Below are positions 50,301 through 64,000 of a stretch of DNA of 64,000 nucleotides, piece after piece; positions within the stretch are counted from its first letter, which is position 1, and each line of letters opens with the position of its first letter. This DNA comes from Eledone cirrhosa. Taxonomy: Eukaryota. Made by a program: the position numbers and the translations under genes. The stretch is from contig OZ024753.1 in the NCBI GenBank assembly GCA_964016885.1, positions 1,984,001-2,048,000 on the forward strand, in the 5' to 3' direction. A model generated the notes under the pieces. That model was not told the DNA's origin and searched no databases. It saw only the letters and a program-made list of their open reading frames with translations.

Positions 50301-53300
50301 TCCCTACTTGGGCGCTCTACCAGATAGAAAAATCTCGAACAGAATAAGTTAATTAATAAAACACGACTATGAAACATTCACAACTTTATAATAAAACATT
50401 GATAAATAAAAAATAACGAAGTAAAGATACGATTGAACACAAAACTTCGTGAAATTCCGTAAAAACTTCGTGAAGTCTTGATAGACGATGTGTGTCTCAT
50501 CATCATCATCATCATCACCGTTTTACGTCCGTTCTTCCACGCTAGCATGGGTTAGACGGGTTGTCCTGTTGTGGGCAGTGTCTGGTCGGCTGACCATGCC
50601 TTGCTCATACAGGAACTGATCTGGCTTGATTTCTACAGCTGGATGCCCTTCCTAACACCAACCTCATTTACAGTGAGTGCTGGGTGCTTTTTCGTGGCGC
50701 CTACACGTCCACTTTACAGTGTGGGCTGGGTGCTTTTTTGCCGTGGCACCTCCACGACCACCTTGCGGTGGGGGGGGGGGGGGCATATTGTTTATATGCT
50801 TCAGCATGTACCCATGGGAGGTCGGGTACCCTGTATTACTGCGTGACGCCAGAAGTCACGGTCGTGTGTCTATATATATATATACCTGTAAGCATGTATA
50901 TATTTATGTATGGATGTATAAATGATTGTCTTATTTACAAAAATGTTTATCTAATATCGTGTTTAATATTTCATATTGTGTCGTGTAGTTTTCTTCCATT
51001 TAATTACGACATAACTCTCAATACACCTCCCTTCATTTACATGTCTCCTCTGTCTTTCTTTCCTCTCTTTCTCTCTCTGGCTTTTATTCACTGAACATAC
51101 CCCTCTCTTCTTCTCTGCCTTTCTCTCTTCACATGTTACCCCCTCCTTCCACTACGCTATCTCCTTTCTCTCTCTCTTCTCACCAACCAAATATAAACAG
51201 GCTCACCTCTCCTGGAATGAAATTGCGGGTGTGCAAAATCAGATCAATTTTACGGTCCAGGGGCAAGTAATTGTGTAAAAAATCTCGAACAAAATTATTT
51301 ACTTAATAAAATACGACTATGAAACTTCAACATAATCGCCATAAAAGATTCATAATTTTATAATAAAAAAATCGATAAATAAAAAATAACGAAGTAAAGA
51401 TACGATTGAACACTAAACTTCGTGAAATTCCGTAAAAACTATTCATGAAGTCTTGACAGAAGATGTGTGTCTATATATATATACCTGTAAGCATGTATAT
51501 ATTTATGTATGCATGTATAAATGATTGTCTTATTTACAAAAATGTTTAATATTTAATATTGTGTCGTCTGGTTTTCTTCCATTTAATCACGACATAACTC
51601 TCAATACATCTCCCTTCATTTACATGTCTCTCTCTGTCTTTCTTTCCTCTCTCACACAACCTCTCCTTCTCTCTCTCATTGTCCCTTCTTTCCTCTCTCT
51701 ATTCTACTCTGCCTTTCTCTCTTCACATGTTACCCCCTCCTTCCACTACGCTATCCTCTTTCTCTCTCTCTTCTCACCAACCAAATATAAACACGCTCAC
51801 CTCTCCTGGAATGAAATTGCGTGTGTGCAAAATCAGATTAATTTTACAGTCCAGGGGGAAGTAATTGTGTAAACAAACAGAAAGACAGGAAGTCCCTACT
51901 TGGGCGCTGTACCGGGTAAAAAATCTCGAACAGAATAAGATAATTAATAAAACACGACTATGAAACATCAACATATTCGCCATAAAACATTCACAACTTT
52001 ATAATAAAACATTGATAAATAAAAAATAACGAAGTAAAGGTAAGACTTCGTGAAATTCCGTTAATGCTCTTCGTGTTGTCTTGGCAGACTATGTTTGTGT
52101 ATATATATATGTAAATATACCTGTACACTTGTACATATTTATGTATGCATATACCTATATATAAATTATTGTCTTATTTACAAAAATGTTTGTGTTTAAT
52201 GTTTCATATTGAGTCGTATGGTTTTCTTCCATTTAATCACGACATAACTCTCAATACATCTCCCTCATTTACATGTGTCTTTTTCTCTGTCTTTCTTTCC
52301 CCTCTCTCTATCAGTCTGTTTCTCCGCCTCTCTCTCTTCACATGTTACCCCTCCTTTCTCTCTCTCTCTTCTCACCAACCAAATATAAACACGCTCACCT
52401 CTCCTGGAATGAAATTGCGGGTGTGCAGAATCAGATTAATTTTACAGTCCAGGGGGAAGTAATTGTGTAAAAAATCTCGAACAAAATTAATTACTTAATA
52501 AAATACAACTATGAAACTTCAACATAATCACCATAAAACATTCACAACTTTATAATAAAAAAAATAATAAATAAAAAATAACAATGTAAAGGTAAGATCG
52601 AACCCTAAACTTCGTGAAATTCCGTTAAAGCTATTCGTGTAGTCTTGACAGACGATGTGTGTGTGTGTATATATATAAATATAACTGTAAACATATATTT
52701 ATGTATGCATATATAAATTATTCTCTTATTTACAAAACTATTTAACTAATATCCTGTCGTCTGGTTTCCTTCCATTTAATTACGACGTAACTCTGAACAC
52801 ACCTCCCCTTCATTTACATACGGTCTTACTCTCTGTCTCTCTCTTTACCCTCTCACACAGCCTTTACTCTGTTCGTTCCCTCTCTCTGCTTTACCTCCTA
52901 TTCACTCAACATCCCTCTCTCTCTCGCTCTCCTTACATCTTACCCCCTTCTTCCACTACACTATCTTCTTGCGCTCTCTATTTCTCACCAACCAATTATA
53001 AACACGGCCACCTCTCAGTTCTCTCTCCCAGAATAAATTTGCGTGTGTGCAAAATCAGATCAATTTTACAGTCCAGGGGGAAGTAAATGTGTAAAAAAAT
53101 CTCGAACAAAATTGATTACTTAATAAAATACGACTATGAAACTTGAACATAATCGCCATGAAACATTCACAAATTTATAATAAAAAATAACGATGTAAAG
53201 GTAAGATTGAACCCTAAACTTCGTGAAATTCCGTTAAAGCTATTCGTGTAGTCTTGGCAGACGATGTGTGTGTGTATATATATAAATATACCTGTAAACA

Positions 53301-56300
53301 TGTATATATTTATGTATGTATATATAAATTATTCTCTTATTTACAAAACTATTTAACTAATATCCTGTCGTCTGGTTTCCTTCCATTTAATTACGACATA
53401 ACTCTGAACACACCTCCCCTTCATTTACATTCTCTCTCTCTCCCCTCTCACGCAGCCTTTACTCTGTTTTTTCTCTCATTGTCCCTTCTTCGTTCCCTCT
53501 CTCTGCTTTACCTCCTATTCACTCAACATCCCTCTCTCTCCCTGTCCTTACATCTTACCCTCTCTTGTTCTCTCTCTTTCTCACCAACCAAATATAAACA
53601 CGGTCACCTCTCAGTTCTCTCTCCTAGAATAAATTTGCGGGTGTGCAAAATCAGATTAATTTTACAGTCCAGGGGGACGTAATTGTGTAAACAAACAGAG
53701 TGACAGGAAGTCCCTACTTGGGCGCTCTACCAGATAGAAAAATCTCGAACAGAATAAGTTAATTAATAAAACACGACTATGAAACATTCACAACTTTATA
53801 ATAAAACATTGATAAATAAAAAATAACGAAGTAAAGATACGATTGAACACAAAACTTCGTGAAATTCCGTAAAAACTTCGTGAAGTCTTGATAGACGATG
53901 TGTGTCTATATATATATATACCTGTAAGCATGTATATATTTATGTATGGATGTATAAATGATTGTCTTATTTACAAAAATGTTTATCTAATATCGTGTTT
54001 AATATTTCATATTGTGTCGTGTAGTTTTCTTCCATTTAATTACGACATAACTCTCAATACACCTCCCTTCATTTACATGTCTCCTCTGTCTTTCTTTCCT
54101 CTCTTTCTCTCTTTGGCTTTTATTCACTGAACATACCCCTCTCTTCTTCTCTGCCTTTCTCTCTTCACATGTTACCCCCTCCTTCCACTACGCTATCTCC
54201 TTTCTCTCTCTCTTCTCACCAACCAAATATAAACAGGCTCACCTCTCCTGGAATGAAATTGCGGGTGTGCAAAATCAGATCAATTTTACGGTCCAGGGGC
54301 AAGTAATTGTGTAAAAAATCTCGAACAAAATTATTTACTTAATAAAATACGACTATGAAACTTCAACATAATCGCCATAAAAGATTCATAACTTTATAAT
54401 AAAAAAATCGATAAATAAAAAATAACGAAATAAAGATACGATTGAACACTAACTTCGTGAAATTCCGTAAAAACTATTCGTGAAGTCTTGACAGAAGATG
54501 TGTGTCTATATATATATACCTGTAAGCATGTATATATTTATGTATGCATGTATAAATGATTGTCTTATTTACAAAAATGTTTAATATTTAATATTGTGTC
54601 GTCTAGTTTTCTTCCATTTAATCACGACATAACTCTCAATACATCTCCCTTCATTTACATGTCTCTCTCTGTCTTTCTTTCCTCTCTCACACAACCTCTC
54701 CTTCTCTCTCTCATTGTCCCTTCTTTCCTCTCTCTATCAGTCTGCTTCTCTTTCTTCTACTCTGCCTTTCTCTCTTCACATGTTACCCCCTCCTTCCACT
54801 ACGCTATCCTCTTTCTCTCTCTCTTCTCACCAACCAAATATAAACACGCTCACCTCTCCTGGAATGAAATTGCGTGTGTGCAAAATCAGATTAATTTTAC
54901 AGTCCAGGGGGAAGTAATTGTGTAAACAAACAGAAAGACAGGAAGTCCCTACTTGGGCGCTGTACCGGGTAAAAAATCTCGAACAGAATAAGTTAATTAA
55001 TAAAACACGACTATGAAACATCAACATATTCGCCATAAAACATTCACAACTTTATAATAAAACATTGATAAATAAAAAATAACGAAGTAAAGGTAAGACT
55101 TCGTGAAATTCCGTTAATGCTCTTCGTGTTGTCTTGGCAGACTATGTTTGTGTATATATATATGTAAATATACCTGTACACTTGTACATATTTATGTATG
55201 CATATACCTATATATAAATTATTGTCTTATTTACAAAAATGTTTGTGTTTAATGTTTCATATTGAGTCGTATGGTTTTCTTCCATTTAATCACGACATAA
55301 CTCTCAATACATCTCCCTCATTTACATGTGTCTTTTTCTCTGTCTTTCTTTCCCCTCTCTCTATCAGTCTGTTTCTCCGCCTCTCTCTCTTCACATGTTA
55401 CCCCTCCTTTCTCTCTCTCTCTTCTCACCAACCAAATATAAACACGCTCACCTCTCCTGGAATGAAATTGCGGGTGTGCAGAATCAGATTAATTTTACAG
55501 TCCAGGGGGAAGTAATTGTGTAAAAAATCTCGAACAAAATTAATTACTTAATAAAATACAACTATGAAACTTCAACATAATCACCATAAAACATTCACAA
55601 CTTTATAATAAAAAAAATAATAAATAAAAAATAACAATGTAAAGGTAAGATCGAACCCTAAACTTCGTGAAATTCCGTTAAAGCTATTCGTGTAGTCTTG
55701 ACAGACGATGTGTGTGTGTGTATATATATAAATATAACTGTAAACATATATTTATGTATGCATATATAAATTATTCTCTTATTTACAAAACTATTTAACT
55801 AATATCCTGTCGTCTGGTTTCCTTCCATTTAATTACGACGTAACTCTGAACACACCTCCCCTTCATTTACATACGGTCTTACTCTCTGTCTCTCTCTTTA
55901 CCCTCTCACACAGCCTTTACTCTGTTCGTTCCCTCTCTCTGCTTTACCTCCTATTCACTCAACATCCCTCTCTCTCTCGCTCTCCTTACATCTTACCCCC
56001 TTCTTCCACTACACTATCTTCTTGCGCTCTCTATTTCTCACCAACCAATTATAAACACGGCCACCTCTCAGTTCTCTCTCCCAGAATAAATTTGCGTGTG
56101 TGCAAAATCAGATCAATTTTACAGTCCAGGGGGAAGTAAATGTGTAAAAAAATCTCGAACAAAATTGATTACTTAATAAAATACGACTATGAAACTTGAA
56201 CATAATCGCCATGAAACATTCACAAATTTATAATAAAAAATAACGATGTAAAGGTAAGATTGAACCCTAAACTTCGTGAAATTCCGTTAAAGCTATTCGT

Positions 56301-59300
56301 GTAGTCTTGGCAGACGATGTGTGTGTGTATATATATAAATATACCTGTAAACATGTATATATTTATGTATGTATATATAAATTATTCTCTTATTTACAAA
56401 ACTATTTAACTAATATCCTGTCGTCTGGTTTCCTTCCATTTAATTACGACATAACTCTGAACACACCTCCCCTTCATTTACATTCTCTCTCTCTCCCCTC
56501 TCACGCAGCCTTTACTCTGTTTTTTCTCTCATTGTCCCTTCTTCGTTCCCTCTCTCTGCTTTACCTCCTATTCACTCAACATCCCTCTCTCTCCCTGTCC
56601 TTACATCTTACCCTCTCTTGTTCTCTCTCTTTCTCACCAACCAAATATAAACACGCTCACCTCTCAGTTCTCTCTCCTAGAATAAATTTGCGGGTGTGCA
56701 AAATCAGATTAATTTTACAGTCCAGGGGGACGTAATTGTGTAAACAAACAGAGTGACAGGAAGTCCCTACTTGGGCGCTCTACCAGATAGAAAAATCTCG
56801 AACAGAATAAGTTAATTAATAAAACACGACTATGAAACATTCACAACTTTATAATAAAACATTGATAAATAAAAAATAACGAAGTAAAGATACGATTGAA
56901 CACAAAACTTCGTGAAATTCCGTAAAAACTTCGTGAAGTCTTGATAGACGATGTGTGTCTATATATATATATACCTGTAAGCATGTATATATTTATGTAT
57001 GGATGTATAAATGATTGTCTTATTTACAAAAATGTTTATCTAATATCGTGTTTAATATTTCATATTGTGTCGTGTAGTTTTCTTCCATTTAATTACGACA
57101 TAACTCTCAATACACCTCCCTTCATTTACATGTCTCCTCTGTCTTTCTTTCCTCTCTTTCTCTCTTTGGCTTTTATTCACTGAACATACCCCTCTCTTCT
57201 TCTCTGCCTTTCTCTCTTCACATGTTACCCCCTCCTTCCACTACGCTATCTCCTTTCTCTCTCTCTTCTCACCAACCAAATATAAACAGGCTCACCTCTC
57301 CTGGAATGAAATTGCGGGTGTGCAAAATCAGATCAATTTTACGGTCCAGGGGCAAGTAATTGTGTAAAAAATCTCGAACAAAATTATTTACTTAATAAAA
57401 TACGACTATGAAACTTCAACATAATCGCCATAAAAGATTCATAACTTTATAATAAAAAAATCGATAAATAAAAAATAACGAAATAAAGATACGATTGAAC
57501 ACTAACTTCGTGAAATTCCGTAAAAACTATTCGTGAAGTCTTGACAGAAGATGTGTGTCTATATATATATACCTGTAAGCATGTATATATTTATGTATGC
57601 ATGTATAAATGATTGTCTTATTTACAAAAATGTTTAATATTTAATATTGTGTCGTCTAGTTTTCTTCCATTTAATCACGACATAACTCTCAATACATCTC
57701 CCTTCATTTACATGTCTCTCTCTGTCTTTCTTTCCTCTCTCACACAACCTCTCCTTCTCTCTCTCATTGTCCCTTCTTTCCTCTCTCTATCAGTCTGCTT
57801 CTCTTTCTTCTACTCTGCCTTTCTCTCTTCACATGTTACCCCCTCCTTCCACTACGCTATCCTCTTTCTCTCTCTCTTCTCACCAACCAAATATAAACAC
57901 GCTCACCTCTCCTGGAATGAAATTGCGTGTGTGCAAAATCAGATTAATTTTACAGTCCAGGGGGAAGTAATTGTGTAAACAAACAGAAAGACAGGAAGTC
58001 CCTACTTGGGCGCTGTACCGGGTAAAAAATCTCGAACAGAATAAGTTAATTAATAAAACACGACTATGAAACATCAACATATTCGCCATAAAACATTCAC
58101 AACTTTATAATAAAACATTGATAAATAAAAAATAACGAAGTAAAGGTAAGACTTCGTGAAATTCCGTTAATGCTCTTCGTGTTGTCTTGGCAGACTATGT
58201 TTGTGTATATATATATGTAAATATACCTGTACACTTGTACATATTTATGTATGCATATACCTATATATAAATTATTGTCTTATTTACAAAAATGTTTGTG
58301 TTTAATGTTTCATATTGAGTCGTATGGTTTTCTTCCATTTAATCACGACATAACTCTCAATACATCTCCCTCATTTACATGTGTCTTTTTCTCTGTCTTT
58401 CTTTCCCCTCTCTCTATCAGTCTGTTTCTCCGCCTCTCTCTCTTCACATGTTACCCCTCCTTTCTCTCTCTCTCTTCTCACCAACCAAATATAAACACGC
58501 TCACCTCTCCTGGAATGAAATTGCGGGTGTGCAGAATCAGATTAATTTTACAGTCCAGGGGGAAGTAATTGTGTAAAAAATCTCGAACAAAATTAATTAC
58601 TTAATAAAATACAACTATGAAACTTCAACATAATCACCATAAAACATTCACAACTTTATAATAAAAAAAATAATAAATAAAAAATAACAATGTAAAGGTA
58701 AGATCGAACCCTAAACTTCGTGAAATTCCGTTAAAGCTATTCGTGTAGTCTTGACAGACGATGTGTGTGTGTGTATATATATAAATATAACTGTAAACAT
58801 ATATTTATGTATGCATATATAAATTATTCTCTTATTTACAAAACTATTTAACTAATATCCTGTCGTCTGGTTTCCTTCCATTTAATTACGACGTAACTCT
58901 GAACACACCTCCCCTTCATTTACATACGGTCTTACTCTCTGTCTCTCTCTTTACCCTCTCACACAGCCTTTACTCTGTTCGTTCCCTCTCTCTGCTTTAC
59001 CTCCTATTCACTCAACATCCCTCTCTCTCTCGCTCTCCTTACATCTTACCCCCTTCTTCCACTACACTATCTTCTTGCGCTCTCTATTTCTCACCAACCA
59101 ATTATAAACACGGCCACCTCTCAGTTCTCTCTCCCAGAATAAATTTGCGTGTGTGCAAAATCAGATCAATTTTACAGTCCAGGGGGAAGTAAATGTGTAA
59201 AAAAATCTCGAACAAAATTGATTACTTAATAAAATACGACTATGAAACTTGAACATAATCGCCATGAAACATTCACAAATTTATAATAAAAAATAACGAT

Positions 59301-62300
59301 GTAAAGGTAAGATTGAACCCTAAACTTCGTGAAATTCCGTTAAAGCTATTCGTGTAGTCTTGGCAGACGATGTGTGTGTGTATATATATAAATATACCTG
59401 TAAACATGTATATATTTATGTATGTATATATAAATTATTCTCTTATTTACAAAACTATTTAACTAATATCCTGTCGTCTGGTTTCCTTCCATTTAATTAC
59501 GACATAACTCTGAACACACCTCCCCTTCATTTACATTCTCTCTCTCTCCCCTCTCACGCAGCCTTTACTCTGTTTTTTCTCTCATTGTCCCTTCTTCGTT
59601 CCCTCTCTCTGCTTTACCTCCTATTCACTCAACATCCCTCTCTCTCCCTGTCCTTACATCTTACCCTCTCTTGTTCTCTCTCTTTCTCACCAACCAAATA
59701 TAAACACGCTCACCTCTCAGTTCTCTCTCCTAGAATAAATTTGCGGGTGTGCAAAATCAGATTAATTTTACAGTCCAGGGGGACGTAATTGTGTAAACAA
59801 ACAGAGTGACAGGAAGTCCCTACTTGGGCGCTCTACCAGATAGAAAAATCTCGAACAGAATAAGTTAATTAATAAAACACGACTATGAAACATTCACAAC
59901 TTTATAATAAAACATTGATAAATAAAAAATAACGAAGTAAAGATACGATTGAACACAAAACTTCGTGAAATTCCGTAAAAACTTCGTGAAGTCTTGATAG
60001 ACGATGTGTGTCTATATATATATATACCTGTAAGCATGTATATATTTATGTATGGATGTATAAATGATTGTCTTATTTACAAAAATGTTTATCTAATATC
60101 GTGTTTAATATTTCATATTGTGTCGTGTAGTTTTCTTCCATTTAATTACGACATAACTCTCAATACACCTCCCTTCATTTACATGTCTCCTCTGTCTTTC
60201 TTTCCTCTCTTTCTCTCTTTGGCTTTTATTCACTGAACATACCCCTCTCTTCTTCTCTGCCTTTCTCTCTTCACATGTTACCCCCTCCTTCCACTACGCT
60301 ATCTCCTTTCTCTCTCTCTTCTCACCAACCAAATATAAACAGGCTCACCTCTCCTGGAATGAAATTGCGGGTGTGCAAAATCAGATCAATTTTACGGTCC
60401 AGGGGCAAGTAATTGTGTAAAAAATCTCGAACAAAATTATTTACTTAATAAAATACGACTATGAAACTTCAACATAATCGCCATAAAAGATTCATAACTT
60501 TATAATAAAAAAATCGATAAATAAAAAATAACGAAATAAAGATACGATTGAACACTAACTTCGTGAAATTCCGTAAAAACTATTCGTGAAGTCTTGACAG
60601 AAGATGTGTGTCTATATATATATACCTGTAAGCATGTATATATTTATGTATGCATGTATAAATGATTGTCTTATTTACAAAAATGTTTAATATTTAATAT
60701 TGTGTCGTCTAGTTTTCTTCCATTTAATCACGACATAACTCTCAATACATCTCCCTTCATTTACATGTCTCTCTCTGTCTTTCTTTCCTCTCTCACACAA
60801 CCTCTCCTTCTCTCTCTCATTGTCCCTTCTTTCCTCTCTCTATCAGTCTGCTTCTCTTTCTTCTACTCTGCCTTTCTCTCTTCACATGTTACCCCCTCCT
60901 TCCACTACGCTATCCTCTTTCTCTCTCTCTTCTCACCAACCAAATATAAACACGCTCACCTCTCCTGGAATGAAATTGCGTGTGTGCAAAATCAGATTAA
61001 TTTTACAGTCCAGGGGGAAGTAATTGTGTAAACAAACAGAAAGACAGGAAGTCCCTACTTGGGCGCTGTACCGGGTAAAAAATCTCGAACAGAATAAGTT
61101 AATTAATAAAACACGACTATGAAACATCAACATATTCGCCATAAAACATTCACAACTTTATAATAAAACATTGATAAATAAAAAATAACGAAGTAAAGGT
61201 AAGACTTCGTGAAATTCCGTTAATGCTCTTCGTGTTGTCTTGGCAGACTATGTTTGTGTATATATATATGTAAATATACCTGTACACTTGTACATATTTA
61301 TGTATGCATATACCTATATATAAATTATTGTCTTATTTACAAAAATGTTTGTGTTTAATGTTTCATATTGAGTCGTATGGTTTTCTTCCATTTAATCACG
61401 ACATAACTCTCAATACATCTCCCTCATTTACATGTGTCTTTTTCTCTGTCTTTCTTTCCCCTCTCTCTATCAGTCTGTTTCTCTGCCTCTCTCTCTTCAC
61501 ATGTTACCCCTCCTTTCTCTCTCTCTCTTCTCACCAACCAAATATAAACACGCTCACCTCTCCTGGAATGAAATTGCGGGTGTGCAGAATCAGATTAATT
61601 TTACAGTCCAGGGGGAAGTAATTGTGTAAAAAATCTCGAACAAAATTAATTACTTAATAAAATACAACTATGAAATTTCAACATAATCACCATAAAACAT
61701 TCACAACTTTATAATAAAAAAAATAATAAATAAAAAATAACGATGTAAAGGTAAGATTGAACCCTAAACTTCGTGAAATTCCGTTAAAGCTATTCGTGTA
61801 GTCTTGACAGACGATGTGTGTGTGTGTATATATATAAATATAACTGTAAACATATATTTATGTATGCATATATAAATTATTCTCTTATTTACAAAACTAT
61901 TTAACTAATATCCTGTCGTCTGGTTTCCTTCCATTTAATTACGACGTAACTCTGAACACACCTCCCCTTCATTTACATACGGTCTTACTCTCTGTCTCTC
62001 TCTTTACCCTCTCACACAGCCTTTACTCTGTTCGTTCCCTCTCTCTGCTTTACCTCCTATTCACTCAACATCCCTCTCTCTCTCGCTCTCCTTACATCTT
62101 ACCCCCTTCTTCCACTACACTATCTTCTTGCGCTCTCTATTTCTCACCAACCAAATATAAACACGGCCACCTCTCAGTTCTCTCTCCCAGAATAAATTTG
62201 CGTGTGTGCAAAATCAGATCAATTTTACAGTCCAGGGGGAAGTAAATGTGTAAAAAAATCTCGAACAAAATTGATTACTTAATAAAATACGACTATGAAA

Positions 62301-64000
62301 CTTGAACATAATCGCCATGAAACATTCACAAATTTATAATAAAAAATTAATAAATAAAAAATAACGATGTAAAGGTAAGATTGAACCCTAAACTTCGTGA
62401 AATTCCGTTAAAGCTATTCGTGTAGTCTTGGCAGACGATGTGTGTGTGTATATATATAAATATACCTGTAAACATGTATATATTTATGTATGCATATATA
62501 AATTATTCTCTTATTTACAAAACTATTTAACTAATTTCGTGTCGTCTGGTTTCCTTCCATTTAATTACGACATAACTCTGAACACACCTCCCCTTCATTT
62601 ACATTCTCTCTCTCTCCCCTCTCACGCAGCCTTTACTCTGTTTTTTCTCTCATTGTCCCTTCTTCGTTCCCTCTCTCTGCTTTACCTCCTATTCACTCAA
62701 CATCCCTCTCTCTATATCTGTCTGTCCGTCTCTCTCTCTCCTTACATCTTACCCTCTCTTGTTCTCACCAACCAAATATAAACACGGTCACCTCTCAGTT
62801 CTCTCTCCTAGAATAAATTTGCGGGTGTGCAAAATCAGATTAATTTTACAGTCCAGGGGGAAGTAATTGTGTAAACAAACAGAAAGACAGGAAGTCCCTA
62901 CTTGGGCGCTCTACCGGGTAAAAAATCTCGAACAAAATTAATTACTTAATAAAACACGACTATGAAACTTCAACATATTCGCCATAAAACATTCACAACT
63001 TTATAATAAAACATTGATAAATAAAAAATAGCGAAGTAAAGGTAAGACTTCGTGAAATTCCGTTAATGCTATTCGTGATGTCTTGGCAGAGTATGTTTGT
63101 GTATATATATATGTAAATATACCTATATATAAATTATTGTCTTATTTAAAAAATGTTTGTGTTTAATGTTTCATATTGAGTCGTATGGTTTTCTTCCATT
63201 TAATCACGACATAACACTCAATACACTTCCATCCATTTACATGTGTCTCTCTCGGCCTTACCTTTTATTCACTGAACATACCCCTCTCTCTATCATTCTG
63301 TTTCTCCGCCTCTCTCTTCTCACTAACCAAATATAAACACGCTCACCTCTCCTGGAATGAAATTGCGGGTGTGCAAAATCAGATCAATTTTACAGTCCAG
63401 GGGGAAGTAATTGTGTAAAAAAACTCGAACAAAATTATTTACTTGATAAAATACGACTATGAAACTTCAACATAATCGCCATAAAACATTCACAACTTTA
63501 TAATAAAAAAATCGATAAATAAAAAATAACGATGTAAAGGTAAGATTGAACCCTAAACTTCGTCAAATTCCGTTAAAGCTATTCGTGTAGTCTTGGCAGA
63601 CGATGTGTGTGTGTGTGTATATATATAAATATACCTGTAAACATGTATATATTTATGTATGCATGTATATAAATTATTCTCTTATTTACAAAACTATTTA
63701 ACTAATATTTTGTCGTCTAGTTTCCTTCCATTTAATTACGACATAACTCTGAACACAGCTCCCCTTCATTTACATACGGTCTTTCTGTCTCTCTCTCTTT
63801 CCCCCCTCACACAGCCCTTACTCTGGTTTTTCTCTCTCATTGTCCCTTCCTCGGTCCCTCTCTCTGCTTTACCTCCTATTCACTCAACATCCCTCTCTCT
63901 CGTTCTCCTTACATCTTACCCCCTTCTTCCACTACACTAACTTCTTACGCTCTCTATTTCTCACCAACCAAATATAAACACGCTCACCTCTCCTGGAATG
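47379..64000. repeat. Tandem satellite, ~600-bp monomers (~27 copies) with a 3053-bp five-monomer higher-order repeat core; continues past window end
   Basis: Anchor ctcctggaatgaaattgcg / ctcctagaataaatttgcg recurs every ~600 bp; near-identical ORFs at 52145/55198/58251/61304, 53254/56307/59360, 53888/56941/59994 and 54560/57613/60666 are spaced exactly 3053 bp. Confidence 0.97.
50498..50863 (-). mobile_element. 5'-truncated RTE-tail retroelement inserted in one satellite monomer
   Basis: (GAT)n tail; 8-bp TSD gtgtgtct at 50490-50497 and 50864-50871; 5' end reads DRDFWRHAV (RTE C-terminus-like). Confidence 0.85.

Noticed and set aside
47719-63940. Recurrent ORFs (e.g. ...SPTKYKHAHLSWNEIAGVQNQINFTVQGEVIV) as a tandem gene family
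   Set aside because: Reading frames and lengths change between monomers and run through CT-rich low-complexity tracts; no recognisable domain
47379-64000. CRISPR array, or a 5S/tRNA/snRNA/histone tandem gene array
   Set aside because: Eukaryotic context with no unique spacers; no recognisable 5S, tRNA, U snRNA, SL or histone sequence, and no CTGANGA/GAAA hammerhead core found in the monomer

Overview
AT-rich, microsatellite-laden animal genomic DNA with spliceosomal introns. The SINE/LINE types resemble those of octopus (coleoid cephalopod); this is an inference. Bases 1-26 kb are mostly repeats: a decayed Penelope-like element, SINEs, RTE and Tx1 LINE ends, MITEs, (TA)n expansions and a POLR2F/RPB6 processed pseudogene. 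Bases 26-47 kb hold four housekeeping genes: NGRN (-, 2 coding exons), BUB3 (+, 6), TRAPPC4 (+, 5) and the last two coding exons of PIGP (-). From ~47.4 kb to the window end is a ~600-bp-monomer tandem array with a 3053-bp five-monomer higher-order repeat (HOR) core, starting ~270 bp into the PIGP upstream intron. The most notable unexplained signals are this HOR satellite (each monomer has a hairpin and a splice-donor motif) and a family of short (TA)n-embedded elements carrying a type I hammerhead ribozyme fold with compensatory changes between copies. Also notable are competing intronic pairings around BUB3 exon 4 and a possible uORF exon/bidirectional promoter between NGRN and BUB3. Repeat boundaries were read by eye and are approximate.
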